A stretch of 64,000 nucleotides of DNA, from assembly GCA_032128115.1 (NCBI GenBank), contig JAQBHB010000002.1, positions 10,646 through 74,645 of the forward strand, given 5' to 3'. The notes under the pieces were generated by a model. The model saw nothing but the letters and a program-made list of their open reading frames with translations, was not told where the DNA came from and did no database searches. The translations under genes were made by a program, and so were the position numbers. Shown here piece after piece: positions 51,531 to 60,745 of the stretch (the first letter of the stretch is position 1; every line of letters begins with the position of its first letter). The DNA comes from Deltaproteobacteria bacterium (GTDB lineage Bacteria; Myxococcota_A; UBA9160; SMWR01).

Positions 51531-52409
51531 TCAGTCCCGCGCGCGACGGATCACCACCAGACGGCCGAGCAACTCGCGCGGAGGATCCTCTTCGAGCACG
51601 CGCAGCTCGATGCGGGGCCCCACGCCCTGCACCAGGCGCGGGCCCGACGCCGTCTCGACGAACCCCTTGGTGCGCAGGGCCCCCAGCCCGCGCAGACGTT
51701 CGCAGAGCTCGTCGGCATCCACGCCAGGCTCGATGGCCAGCTCCGTGGCCTCGTAGGCCTCGTGATCGTGGGGCCGCGGCGTGGCGCTGCGTCGGCGTTT
51801 GCGAAGGCCCTCCGGGTCCGGCGGAAACAACAGGTCGGGATCGATCTCCCCGTGAACACTGTGCAGCAGCGGCGCATCGGGCTCGATCTCCCGCAAGCGG
51901 GCCTCGACCCGTTCGAGATCCCCGGGCGTCACCAGATCCGTGCGATTCACGAGCAGCAGGTCGGCGGATGAGACCTGCTGGCTGAAGGTGGCGTCGAGAT
52001 CGCGACCCTCGGCCACCTGATCCGCCGCCACCACCACCACGGCCACGTCGTCGTCCACCCACTCGGACACCGGTTCGCGCCAGAAGTTCATCTGCACGTC
52101 GAAGGGAAATGCCACGCCCGACGTCTCGACGATCACCCGATCGGGCCGCACCCGCTCCCACAACATCTGCAACGTATCCACGAGTTCGTCCGAGAGCCTG
52201 CAACAGACGCAGCCGCCCGCGATCTCGGCATAGGCCTCGTCCCACTGGCCCAACAGGGCCTGGTCGATGCCCAGCTCGCCGAACTCGTTGGAGATCACCG
52301 CCACGCGCTGGCCCTGGCGCTGCGACTCCGCAAGGATGTGGCGCACCAGCGTCGTCTTGCCCGAGCCCAGGAAACCCGACACCACCAGCGCAGGGATGCG
52401 ATCCCTCAT
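51531..52409 (-). CDS. CobW/COG0523 metal-chaperone GTPase
   Basis: GFLGSGKTT, NEFG, GCVCC, ETSG and RTKG motifs. Confidence 0.9.
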   Translation of the reverse strand: MRDRIPALVVSGFLGSGKTTLVRHILAESQRQGQRVAVISNEFGELGIDQALLGQWDEAYAEIAGGCVCCRLSDELVDTLQMLWERVRPDRVIVETSGVAFPFDVQMNFWREPVSEWVDDDVAVVVVAADQVAEGRDLDATFSQQVSSADLLLVNRTDLVTPGDLERVEARLREIEPDAPLLHSVHGEIDPDLLFPPDPEGLRKRRRSATPRPHDHEAYEATELAIEPGVDADELCERLRGLGALRTKGFVETASGPRLVQGVGPRIELRVLEEDPPRELLGRLVVIRRARD

Positions 52410-53254
52410 GCGTCCAGGTCACCCTGATTCGGGTCGCGAACCGGCTCGGTGCGGAGTTCCGCATACACCCCCAGGTGATCGCTGGGCCAGACTCCCTCCT
52501 TTTCGTCGTTGCAGACGATGCTGCAGTGAACGATCTGGCCCACGCCCGCCGCTCGCGGAAGCCCCGCGAAGATGTAGTCGATGCGCCGGTCGGGCTCGAA
52601 TTCGGCGCGCGCATACGGATTGCGGTTCGACCAGGTATGACCGGGACCCTCGGCCCCCGCCACCCGCCAGGCGTCGAGGAAGCACACGCTGCGTCCCTCG
52701 AGGGATTGCAGGCCAGTTACGTATCGGATCTCGGCCGAGTCGGGCTCGGCGTTGAAGTCGCCCACCAACAGCGGGGGAAAGCCCTCCCGCGGCCGGCGCC
52801 GCAGGGCCAGGTCGCACACCGCCGCCACCTGCTTCTCGCGGATCGCCCCCTGCTCGAACTTCCAGTTCAGGTGGGTGCAGGTGAGACCCACCGGCCCGAA
52901 GGGAGCGTCGATCGTCACCGAGATGGCGGCCCGCTTCTCGCCGTCGCCCCGGTCCGGGAGGCGAAGGGCCTCGCGATCCGCGATGGGCCAGCGGCTGGCC
53001 ACCGCGTTTCCCACCCGGCCGACCCGGTCCTCCCGGCCCAGGTGCCAGAAGGGCGACGCCGCCACGGCGGCGATCTGATAACCGCGCGCCGCGAGCAGCT
53101 CCGCCACCGGGTCGCGGTCGGGCCAACGCACGGCCTCCTGGAGACCGATCAGATCGGGCTCCAGGCGATCGATCCACTCCGCGATGCCGCGGGCCCGCTG
53201 GGCATACGGCCCCGCCTCGTTCCAGAGATTGAGTGTCAGAACCGACAGCGTCAC
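52406..53254 (-). CDS. endonuclease/exonuclease/phosphatase family protein
   Basis: TLN, LQE, THL, GDFN, RIDYIF and SDH motifs. Confidence 0.9.
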   Translation of the reverse strand: MTLSVLTLNLWNEAGPYAQRARGIAEWIDRLEPDLIGLQEAVRWPDRDPVAELLAARGYQIAAVAASPFWHLGREDRVGRVGNAVASRWPIADREALRLPDRGDGEKRAAISVTIDAPFGPVGLTCTHLNWKFEQGAIREKQVAAVCDLALRRRPREGFPPLLVGDFNAEPDSAEIRYVTGLQSLEGRSVCFLDAWRVAGAEGPGHTWSNRNPYARAEFEPDRRIDYIFAGLPRAAGVGQIVHCSIVCNDEKEGVWPSDHLGVYAELRTEPVRDPNQGDLDA

Positions 53255-53392
53255 CGCGGCCCCCTTCTGCGTGCTGCGTCCAGCAGGGGCGATACTGCAG
53301 CCTTGGGGGCGCTCTCGGGGGCTCATGACCTGCAGTTTGACAGATTTCCGGAGACCTTCGGCGACGACCCTCCGGAGAAGTAGAATCGGGGG

Positions 53393-54166
53393 ATGCCTGG
53401 CGCCGTGATCGTGATTCCCTGCTTCAACGAGGCCGGGCGGCTCGCCGCGGACCGGTTCGCCTCGTTCGCGGCGGCGGATCCTTCGGTGAACTTCCTGTTC
53501 GTGGACGATGGCAGCAGCGACGCAACACTCGAGGTGCTGCACAAGCTCGAGCAGCGGGATCCAGCCAGGTTTTCAGTGCTTGCGCTGACCCACAACCAGG
53601 GCAAGGCCGAGGCCGTGCGTCGCGGGATGCTGGCAGCGCTTGCGCAGGAGCCCCGCACCCTGGGCTTCTGGGACGCCGACCTGGCGACGCCGCTCGACGC
53701 CATCCCGTCCTTCCTGGCGCTTCTGGAAGAGCGACCGGACCTGCAGATGGTGCTGGGGTCGCGAGTGAAGCTGATGGGACGGGTGATCGAGCGCAGGGCC
53801 GTGCGCCACTATCCCGGCCGGGTGCTCGCCACGTTGTGTTCCCTGGTCCTGAAACTCGGCGTCTACGACACCCAATGCGGCGCGAAGCTCTTTCGCAACG
53901 CGCCGGAAGTGGCGGCGCTCTTCCAGCAGCCCTTCCTCGCCGGCTGGCTCTTCGACGTGGAGCTGCTGGCGCGCTTCCTCCGTGGCCGGCGCGGCAGCGG
54001 CAAGCCGCCCGCAGCCGACGCCATCTACGAGTTCGCGCTCCACGAGTGGCGCGACGTTCCCGGCTCGAAGATCCGACCCGGGGATTTCTTCCGGGCCCTG
54101 GCCGATCTGGTCAAGATCTTCCGCCGCTACGGGGGCGACCGCGACAATGAGCGTCGAGACCACTGA
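53393..54166 (+). CDS. GT2 glycosyltransferase (dolichyl-phosphate glucosyltransferase-like)
   Basis: IPCFNE, VDDGSSD, GKAEAVR, DADL and DTQCGAK motifs. Confidence 0.9.
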   Translation: MPGAVIVIPCFNEAGRLAADRFASFAAADPSVNFLFVDDGSSDATLEVLHKLEQRDPARFSVLALTHNQGKAEAVRRGMLAALAQEPRTLGFWDADLATPLDAIPSFLALLEERPDLQMVLGSRVKLMGRVIERRAVRHYPGRVLATLCSLVLKLGVYDTQCGAKLFRNAPEVAALFQQPFLAGWLFDVELLARFLRGRRGSGKPPAADAIYEFALHEWRDVPGSKIRPGDFFRALADLVKIFRRYGGDRDNERRDH

Positions 54167-55016
54167 GACGAGGATCAAGAGCATCCTCACCCGGACGACC
54201 GGCTACCTGAAGAACGTCTCTTCCCATTCGCTGCAGCCCTACCGGGGCTGCACCTTCGGAAAGTCGCTGTGTGGCGTGGGCTGCTACGTACAGCACAACG
54301 GATTCCTCACGCGCGGCGCTCCCTGGGGCAGCTTCCTCGAGGCGCGCACCAATGCGGCCGAGGCCTACCGGGCCCAGCAGCCCCGCGAGCAGCGCTGGGC
54401 GCGGCGCTCCCGGGGCCGCTTCGCAATCTTCATGTCCAGCTCCACCGACCCCTTCGTGCCCCAGGAGCGCAGGTCCCGCATCTCGCAAGGCGTGCTCACG
54501 GCCATGTGCGAGCTTCCGCCCGACGAGCTGGTGCTGCAGACACACACGCACCGGGTCACCGACTACCTGGATATCTACCGCGAACTCGCGCGCCGCTGCG
54601 CGCTGCGCATCCACATCTCGATCGAGAGCGATCTCGATCGGCTCCCCTATCTACCGGCACCCGCGAGCTCCGTGGATCACCGCTTCGAGGCCGCGCAGAC
54701 ACTCAAACGGGCCGGCCTGCAGGTGGTGATCACCGTGGCGCCGTTGTTTCCGATCCGGGAGCCGCAGGTTTTCTTCCAGCGCATCGCCGACGCCGCCGAC
54801 AGCTGCGTGATCGATCACTTCATCGGCGGCGATGGTTCTAAAGGCGGCGCGCGCACCGCGCGCACCGCGCTGCTGACGTCCATGGAAGCCGTCGACCCGG
54901 ATTCCATCGGGCTGGCCTATCGCGATCGCATGATCCAGGTGGCGCGCCAGGTGATGCCCGGACGCGTGGGGGTCTCGATCGACGGCTTCGCGGGCCGCAG
55001 GCTGCCCGCCATCTGA
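54147..55016 (+). CDS. spore-photoproduct-lyase-like radical SAM protein
   Basis: KSILT..G, PYRGC..., and MSSSTDP..PQE motifs; Cys motif CX6CX3C. Confidence 0.78.
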   Translation: MSVETTETRIKSILTRTTGYLKNVSSHSLQPYRGCTFGKSLCGVGCYVQHNGFLTRGAPWGSFLEARTNAAEAYRAQQPREQRWARRSRGRFAIFMSSSTDPFVPQERRSRISQGVLTAMCELPPDELVLQTHTHRVTDYLDIYRELARRCALRIHISIESDLDRLPYLPAPASSVDHRFEAAQTLKRAGLQVVITVAPLFPIREPQVFFQRIADAADSCVIDHFIGGDGSKGGARTARTALLTSMEAVDPDSIGLAYRDRMIQVARQVMPGRVGVSIDGFAGRRLPAI

Positions 55017-55158
55017 TTCGTAAGTCGAGGCGCTCTCCCTCGAAGTACGCCTCGGGTTCCTCGGGCTCGAGCCCGGCCCAGTCCCTCGTGTTGAGTGCAG
55101 CGGCACTGTGTTCGCGGTGCCAATCCGTGATCACGAGTGGCCTCGCCATGCCGAAGAA

Positions 55159-55230
55159 CCCCGATGCCAGAACGCTACCGAATTCGGAAATGGCAAGCTG
55201 TCTGTTGTCGGCTGCAAGCCTTTGTTGGGC
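55159..55230 (-). repeat. truncated attC (R''/L'' half only), distal end of array
   Basis: CCCGATGCCAG...GCTGCAAGCCTTTGTTGGGC resembles the right part of attC 58371-58504; the other arm is missing. Confidence 0.75.
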
Positions 55231-55265
55231 GGCTACGCGCCCCACCGCGGTCTGCGATCCCCATG

Positions 55266-56948
55266 CTAGGAATGCCTCTTGGATTCCTCTACAAGGCGCC
55301 GCGCGTGCGATATAGCATCGACAAAATTCGCAAATAGTTGATCCTCGCCGATACGCTCGATTGCACCGCTTCGCTCGAGGGCTATCAACGGCTGAGCGTG
55401 GAGGCCCGAGAGAAGGAGATGCGCGCCGCGGCGCTGCAGACGGTCGGCGACTTCCTCGAGTGCATGGAGCCCGGTTGCGTCGATCGCGAGGACATGTCTC
55501 ATCCGAAGGATGACGACGGTCGGCGCAGTCTGAGCAGCGAGGAGCGTTTCCGTGAACTTGCTGGCCGCACCGAAGCAGAAGGAGCCGTTGATCTCGAAAA
55601 CCTCCACTTCGGCTGGAACCTCCACCGCGCCGTTCTCGACGAAGTCGACCCTGTCGTAGTCAACGATGTCGCGGATGGGCTTCACCTCCGTTACTTCCGC
55701 CATCCGGCGCATGAACAGAAGCGACGCCAAGACGACCCCGACTTGAATGGCAACAGTCAGATCGATGACCACCGTCAGCAAGAAGGTCGCGACCATGACG
55801 AGTGCATCGCTGCGCGGTCCGCGCAGCAGCCTCAGGAACACGTGCCACTCGCTCATGTTGTAGGCGACGACCACCAGAATTCCCGCCATTGTCGCCATTG
55901 GGATCAGGGATGCCCACCTTCCAGCGACTACGAGGATGCCAAGGAGCGTCGCCGCGTGAACGATTCCAGCGATCGGGGTGCGACCACCATTTCGCACATT
56001 GGTCGCAGTGCGCGCGATCGCACCGGTAGCTGGGATTCCGCCGAATAACGGCGAGGCTACGTTGGCGATTCCTTGCGCCAGAAGCTCGGCGTTGGACCGG
56101 TGACGGCCTCCGATTAGGCCATCGGCCACGACAGCACTGAGAAGGGACTCGATCGCCGCCAGAAGAGCAATTGTGATTGCAGGGGAGACAAGATCGGGGA
56201 CCTGGTTCCAGTCGACTTCCAGAACTCTGAATGACGGAAACGAGCTGGGTACATCGCCGAACCGACTGTGGATTGTGTCGACGTTCAAGCCGAAGATGTG
56301 GACGATCGCTGTCGTTGCGATGAGCGCGACCATTGGGCCCGGCATACGGCTCGTTACCTTCGGCCACAGCTGAATGATCGCGACTGTGCCGAGGAAGATC
56401 GCGGCGGCGCCGAGATTCAACGTACGGATGTTGGCCGCGTACGCGGTGAGCTTTGCCAGGAAGTCCGCCGGCACGGCTCCGATTTCGAGCCCGAGCGCGT
56501 CGCCAACCTCCGCTGTCGCAATGATCAGGGCGATTCCGGTCGTGAATCCGACTGTGACCGGGTATGGCATGAAGCGAATGACGTCACCGAGTCGCGCGAG
56601 CGCCATGATTCCGAGAAAGCAGCCAGCCATCAGTGTCGCGACAGCAAGACCCTGGTATCCAAACTCTCCGACAATGGCAGCAACGAGAACAACGAAGGCG
56701 CCAGTCGGCCCGCCAATCTGGACCCGGCTTCCACCGAACAGCGAGATTGCAAATCCCGCGATGATGGCCGTGTAGAGGCCCTGTTCGGGTCGAACGCCGG
56801 AAGCGATCGCAAAGGCGATGGCCAACGGAAACGCCACTATGCCGACAACGACCCCCGCGAGCGCGTCTCGCGTGAAATCTTGCGCGGAGTATCCCTCGCG
56901 AATCGTTGTGGCGAGCTTGGGCTCGAATTCGAGTGGTAGAAGGCGCAT
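55266..56948 (-). CDS. SulP family anion transporter with STAS domain (cassette)
   Basis: PLAIAFA...GLYTA, GGPTGA, ATGAIART and IDATG motifs; ATG after AAGGA. Confidence 0.93.
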   Translation of the reverse strand: MRLLPLEFEPKLATTIREGYSAQDFTRDALAGVVVGIVAFPLAIAFAIASGVRPEQGLYTAIIAGFAISLFGGSRVQIGGPTGAFVVLVAAIVGEFGYQGLAVATLMAGCFLGIMALARLGDVIRFMPYPVTVGFTTGIALIIATAEVGDALGLEIGAVPADFLAKLTAYAANIRTLNLGAAAIFLGTVAIIQLWPKVTSRMPGPMVALIATTAIVHIFGLNVDTIHSRFGDVPSSFPSFRVLEVDWNQVPDLVSPAITIALLAAIESLLSAVVADGLIGGRHRSNAELLAQGIANVASPLFGGIPATGAIARTATNVRNGGRTPIAGIVHAATLLGILVVAGRWASLIPMATMAGILVVVAYNMSEWHVFLRLLRGPRSDALVMVATFLLTVVIDLTVAIQVGVVLASLLFMRRMAEVTEVKPIRDIVDYDRVDFVENGAVEVPAEVEVFEINGSFCFGAASKFTETLLAAQTAPTVVILRMRHVLAIDATGLHALEEVADRLQRRGAHLLLSGLHAQPLIALERSGAIERIGEDQLFANFVDAISHARRLVEESKRHS

Positions 56949-56970
56949 CGTTCCTTGGCGAACCGTGGCC

Positions 56971-57103
56971 ACCCAACGGACCGCGCTTCAGCGGCCGGCG
57001 GCGCGTTGCTACCGACCTCGAAACGCCTAGCTCTCCCGGATGCTACACGAGGACCGAGAACGCCGACAGTGAAGCCGGCCCGCCTGCAAGCGCATTGTTG
57101 GGC
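56971..57103 (-). repeat. attC site
   Basis: ACCCAAC...CTTCAGCGG...CCTGCAAG...GTTGGGC. Confidence 0.85.
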
Positions 57104-57479
57104 GGCCGTTGGACCGAGCTCCGAGAACAGGGCAGCGGCGAGCTGAGGACGCGCGCCTGAAGCTGAAGGACAGACGGGGGGCAATCGGATGCATTCTTCG
57201 CTCCCTTGACCATGTCATTGATTGTGGCGACGAACTCAGGCCGGAACGGCCGCTGGCCGTCCCGCTCCCACCAGAGTTGAGCAGGCTTCGAGGACAGAAT
57301 CTCGGAGAGGAAACGTATAGCTCGGTGCCGCCCTGAAGGATCATTGCCTGAGTCGATCGAGCGTTCTGCTCCAGAAGGCGTGAATTCTGCCGGATCTGAT
57401 AGGCGATGTAACCAAGTAGGGTCACCGCCGCGAAAGCGCCGGTGAGTTCACCGAGCGCGCCGAGTTCTTGCCAAGTCAT
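57104..57479 (-). pseudogene. frameshifted/internally deleted hypothetical cassette gene
   Basis: N-terminus MTWQELGALGE...YQIRQN; a plausible C-terminus SKPAQLWW...FRPEFVATI is in a different frame after about 57312. Confidence 0.6.
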
Positions 57480-57496
57480 TGGTTCTCGCGAACGCC

Positions 57497-57622
57497 GCCC
57501 AACGGACATGCGGTTCAGCTGCCGGCCGCTGAACGCCAACAACCAGGCAACCAAGATCGCCGCCAGAATGCTACCAAAGTCGGCCTGCGCTACGGCCGGT
57601 CAGCTTCCTCGCTTTGTTGGGC
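57497..57622 (-). repeat. attC site
   Basis: GCCCAAC...TTCAGCTG...CAGCTT...GTTGGGC. Confidence 0.85.
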
Positions 57623-58354
57623 GGCCGGCGATCGACCGCGCCCCTCGATTGCCTGGATCAACTGCCCTCGGCCAGGTTCTCCGCGAGCCACGATTTTCCC
57701 GTCTGCGACGTAATTCTGAAACTGCGCAGGCAATCCATCGCCGTCGAACCAACGGGCCGAGCTCTGCAGGTGGTAGTGCAGGTGGGGCTCGCTCGAGCGC
57801 CCGCTATTTCCGCACGCTGCGATAGGCTGGCCGGCCGTGACGCGGTCGCCAATTCCGACAATGAGAGAGCCCGGGATCAGGTGCGCCAGCATCGAGAATT
57901 CGCGGTTTCCATGGTCAATCGCGATGTAGTTCCCTGGAGGGTCGGATCCAAGCTGCCCAGGAACATTCTCAGGAACGCCGTCCTTTAGCGCGACAACGAC
58001 GCCATTGCCGGGAGCGAGAATCGGTCTTCCATGGCAGTAGTAGTTCTCGTTCCGACTCCCGTCCCCATGATGCGACATGCCAGACGCCAAGGCCGCGACC
58101 GGATCCGCGCCGGGAGCCAGCTCCTGAGCCACCACCACGAGATCGAGCGCGAATCGCTGGTCTCGTGACACAGCGTGCTGGTTCTCCTCAAGCGTGCGTC
58201 CACCCCATACGACCAGCCAGGTATTGCCGAAGGGAAGTCGCAACTGCGCCTTTGTCTCGTACCGCAGGTACTTACTGGGAGCTTCCTTCGGAGGCTCTGC
58301 TGCGCTGAAGTTCGCGACAGTCGCACTTAGAAGCACAATGGAAGCGAGTCGCAT
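57590..58354 (-). CDS. M23 family metallopeptidase (cassette)
   Basis: Signal peptide; GNYIAIDH, LAHL and GNSGRSSEPHLHYHLQ motifs; stop codon lies within attC. Confidence 0.9.
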   Translation of the reverse strand: MRLASIVLLSATVANFSAAEPPKEAPSKYLRYETKAQLRLPFGNTWLVVWGGRTLEENQHAVSRDQRFALDLVVVAQELAPGADPVAALASGMSHHGDGSRNENYYCHGRPILAPGNGVVVALKDGVPENVPGQLGSDPPGNYIAIDHGNREFSMLAHLIPGSLIVGIGDRVTAGQPIAACGNSGRSSEPHLHYHLQSSARWFDGDGLPAQFQNYVADGKIVARGEPGRGQLIQAIEGRGRSPAAQQSEEADRP

Positions 58355-58370
58355 GGTCAGTGCTCCGGCC

Positions 58371-58504
58371 ATCCAACGGATCGGGCTTCTGCTGCAACGG
58401 ACAGCGCAGACCGTCGACGCTGAGCCGCGGGGTCCCGATGCCAGCACTCTACCGATTTCAGGAGCGGCCAGCTGTCTGTTGTCAGCTGCAAGCCCTTGTT
58501 GGAC
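58371..58504 (-). repeat. attC site
   Basis: Minus strand GTCCAACAAGGGCTTGCAGCTGAC...GCAGCAGAAGCCCGATCCGTTGGAT. Confidence 0.9.
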
Positions 58505-59441
58505 GGCCGCCCTCGCACTCTGGTGCTTGATTCCGAACCCAGGTCATCACTGTTTCCTCGAGTCGCGTCGGATAGGAGTAGCCGAGCCTGTCGCCCGTTT
58601 CTTCGGCCAGCGAGCGAAAGAGATCGAGCGCCTCGAGTCGTGCCTGCCAGATCTCGATGGGATCGTAGTGGGGAAACGTCGCTCCCAACCGCTCCATCAC
58701 GATGGGAGGCGCCCACTCTTCAAGGAACCGTCCGCGTTCGAACACGGGCGACCAACGGTCCGAAGTCACTTGGGTGTGCCACTCGATCATCTGCAACAGG
58801 AGAGCGATCAACTGAGCCTCACCTAGTGTCTTCGTGACGAAGAACTCGCCGCGGTGCATCTTGAGCGCAAAGGAGACCTGTTCGTTCAAGAAACGCTTCA
58901 CGAGATCGAGAAACTCCTCCTCACTCGGGGGACTGGGAGAAGGTTCCGCCAGGCCTCCCGGCTCGAGACGGATCGCAATCCGATCCTTGTCGAGGACAAA
59001 GCGGAAGCCACGATTCAGCAGATGTGAGAGCTCGCTCAGCCGCGCGCGAACGATCTTCGGTAGAAGCGTCAGCATGGACGGATGACGTCTCAGCGTTTCC
59101 GTGGCGCGCGCCGCCAGGGAAAACGCCAAACTCGGGACGACAACGAGGTCTAGCTTTGTCCCGCCCTCGAACGTGACGTGGAAGATCTCCTGGCCTCCGA
59201 TCACCGTGGGAGCCCGTAGTGCGAGCCACGGCGTCTCGATCTCAGCAAGCCAAGCAGATCCGGTGAAGTAGAGCTTGGGACGTCGAGCCATGACGACGAC
59301 GTCGAGATCGGACCACTGGTCTGCTGGATGATCGTCGCGAGCGCGCGAACCGACGACAGCGATCGCTCGCAGGTCGTCTCGTGCGGTTCCCCAGGCCACC
59401 ATCTTGGAAAGGATGCGCTCGGCCCCTTCGGTTTGGCTCAT
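58482..59441 (-). CDS. aminoglycoside 6-adenylyltransferase-like nucleotidyltransferase (cassette)
   Basis: VVGSRAR...DQWSDLDV, LDKD and GRFLEEWA...FPHYD..IWQA motifs. Confidence 0.8.
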   Translation of the reverse strand: MSQTEGAERILSKMVAWGTARDDLRAIAVVGSRARDDHPADQWSDLDVVVMARRPKLYFTGSAWLAEIETPWLALRAPTVIGGQEIFHVTFEGGTKLDLVVVPSLAFSLAARATETLRRHPSMLTLLPKIVRARLSELSHLLNRGFRFVLDKDRIAIRLEPGGLAEPSPSPPSEEEFLDLVKRFLNEQVSFALKMHRGEFFVTKTLGEAQLIALLLQMIEWHTQVTSDRWSPVFERGRFLEEWAPPIVMERLGATFPHYDPIEIWQARLEALDLFRSLAEETGDRLGYSYPTRLEETVMTWVRNQAPECEGGRPTRACS

Positions 59442-59460
59442 GGACAACTCCCGCGTGGCC

Positions 59461-59593
59461 GGCCACCGGACCGGGCGCTCAGCTGCGTGGCACAGGCCGC
59501 CGACGGTCGCTAGACACCCAGGTCCAATGCCAGATTCTACCAGACCTCGATTGAGACGTGCTGTGCGACGTCAGTTGCAACGCCTTGTCAGGC
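59461..59593 (-). repeat. degenerate attC (both core triplets mutated)
   Basis: GGCCACC in place of RYYYAAC and GTCAGGC in place of GTTRRRY; interior resembles attC 61938-62071. Confidence 0.8.
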
Positions 59594-59603
59594 GGCGCGC
59601 CGC

Positions 59604-60218
59604 TCAAGGGTTTGCTGTTGGGGCGGTCGCTGCGACTGAGGGTCGTTTGGCAACAACCTCTAACCAGCTGGCGAGCTTCGGATGTCCTTGGCGCCAATCC
59701 AGTGCGAGGACATGCGACCCAAACTGCAGGGCACACGCCATCGTGATCTGTGCCATGTTGAGCCGAGCGTGCATCAGCGGATTCTCGATCTGCTTCTCCC
59801 AGACGTCGGCCATGCGCTCGTTGCGCTGCCGCTCATGCTCGATGATGGTGGGTGACCTTTCCTCCTCTGGCCGGTGGCGCAGCTCTCTTCCCCAGACGGT
59901 GAGGCCGTCCACCATGCTCCGCGCCAAGGCTTCGAGGCGCAACATTTCCCACGCTTGATCACCCGCCGGGAGTGCGAACGCCGGTGAACCCTCGAGCTGG
60001 TCCAGATCGGCACAGATCAGTGTTGACTCCTCCATCCCGATTCCGTCGTCGCGTACGAGGTAGGGAACGCGCCCAGAGGGGTTGATCGCGTAGTAGGGGC
60101 TATTGGCGACACGCGTCTGTGCGTGGATGATGTCGACCCGGTCCAGCAAGCTTTTCTCGAGAACCACTATCCGCGCAAGACGCGCATAAGGCGAAAGCGG
60201 TGTGATGTAGAGCTTCAT
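59604..60218 (-). CDS. glutathione S-transferase family protein (cassette)
   Basis: MKLY...SPYARLARI, NPSGRVP.L..DDG..EST.I and RPSVAAT motifs. Confidence 0.9.
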   Translation of the reverse strand: MKLYITPLSPYARLARIVVLEKSLLDRVDIIHAQTRVANSPYYAINPSGRVPYLVRDDGIGMEESTLICADLDQLEGSPAFALPAGDQAWEMLRLEALARSMVDGLTVWGRELRHRPEEERSPTIIEHERQRNERMADVWEKQIENPLMHARLNMAQITMACALQFGSHVLALDWRQGHPKLASWLEVVAKRPSVAATAPTANP

Positions 60219-60387
60219 TCTGCGACCTCGGCGTTCCCTCGCGCCGCCCAACGGATCGGCGTTCAGCGGCCGGCAACAGCGCTGACCGGACCCGACCCGC
60301 CTACCGCAGTATGCCGCCAGAGGCCAACCAAGGTCAATTGAACCGAGCTGTTGCGGGTCCGTCTGCGACGCCTCTTATGTTGTCCGT

Positions 60388-60541
60388 CAGGGTTGAATGA
60401 AGCGGCCGGTGAGCAGCGCCAACTACCCACCGGCCTTTCTTCAATCCGGAGCGGTAAGACCGAAAGCGCCTGAGTCCCGAGTGAGACCGTCAACAAGCCC
60501 GGGCCCCCGCTCCCCAGCGGCAGCGAAGCTCGAACGATCGC
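60388..60541 (+). ncRNA. putative bridge RNA (5' hairpin, target-binding loop, truncated donor-binding loop)
   Basis: Hairpin GGTTGAA..GGCCGGTG/CACCGGCC..TTCAATC; stem GGAGCGG/CCGCTCC enclosing GCGCCT and CAACAAG, which match the insertion target. Confidence 0.7.
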
Positions 60542-60745
60542 CCGGCTCGCGCACCAGATGGTGTCGCTCGGTCCCGAGCGCATTGTCGTCGAGTCCACGG
60601 GCGGCTACGAGCGGCGCCTGGTTGCGAGGCTCGCCGCCGGGGGCCTGCCGGTGGTGGTCGTCAATCCCCGCCGGGTGCGGAGCTCCTCACGATCCTCGAC
60701 GCGATCGCCAGGGAGAAGACCGCGTGCCAAGCCTGGATCCCTTGA
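60537..60745 (+). pseudogene. IS110 transposase remnant (two fused fragments)
   Basis: RuvC-like middle segment 60537-60682, then the C-terminal tail in another frame ending TGA 60743-45; the rest is deleted. Confidence 0.82.

Noticed and set aside
55100..55125. Hairpin GGCACTGTG-TTCG-CGGTGCC as a terminator or attI
   Set aside because: No U-tract and no attI-like features; it lies at the distal end of the array
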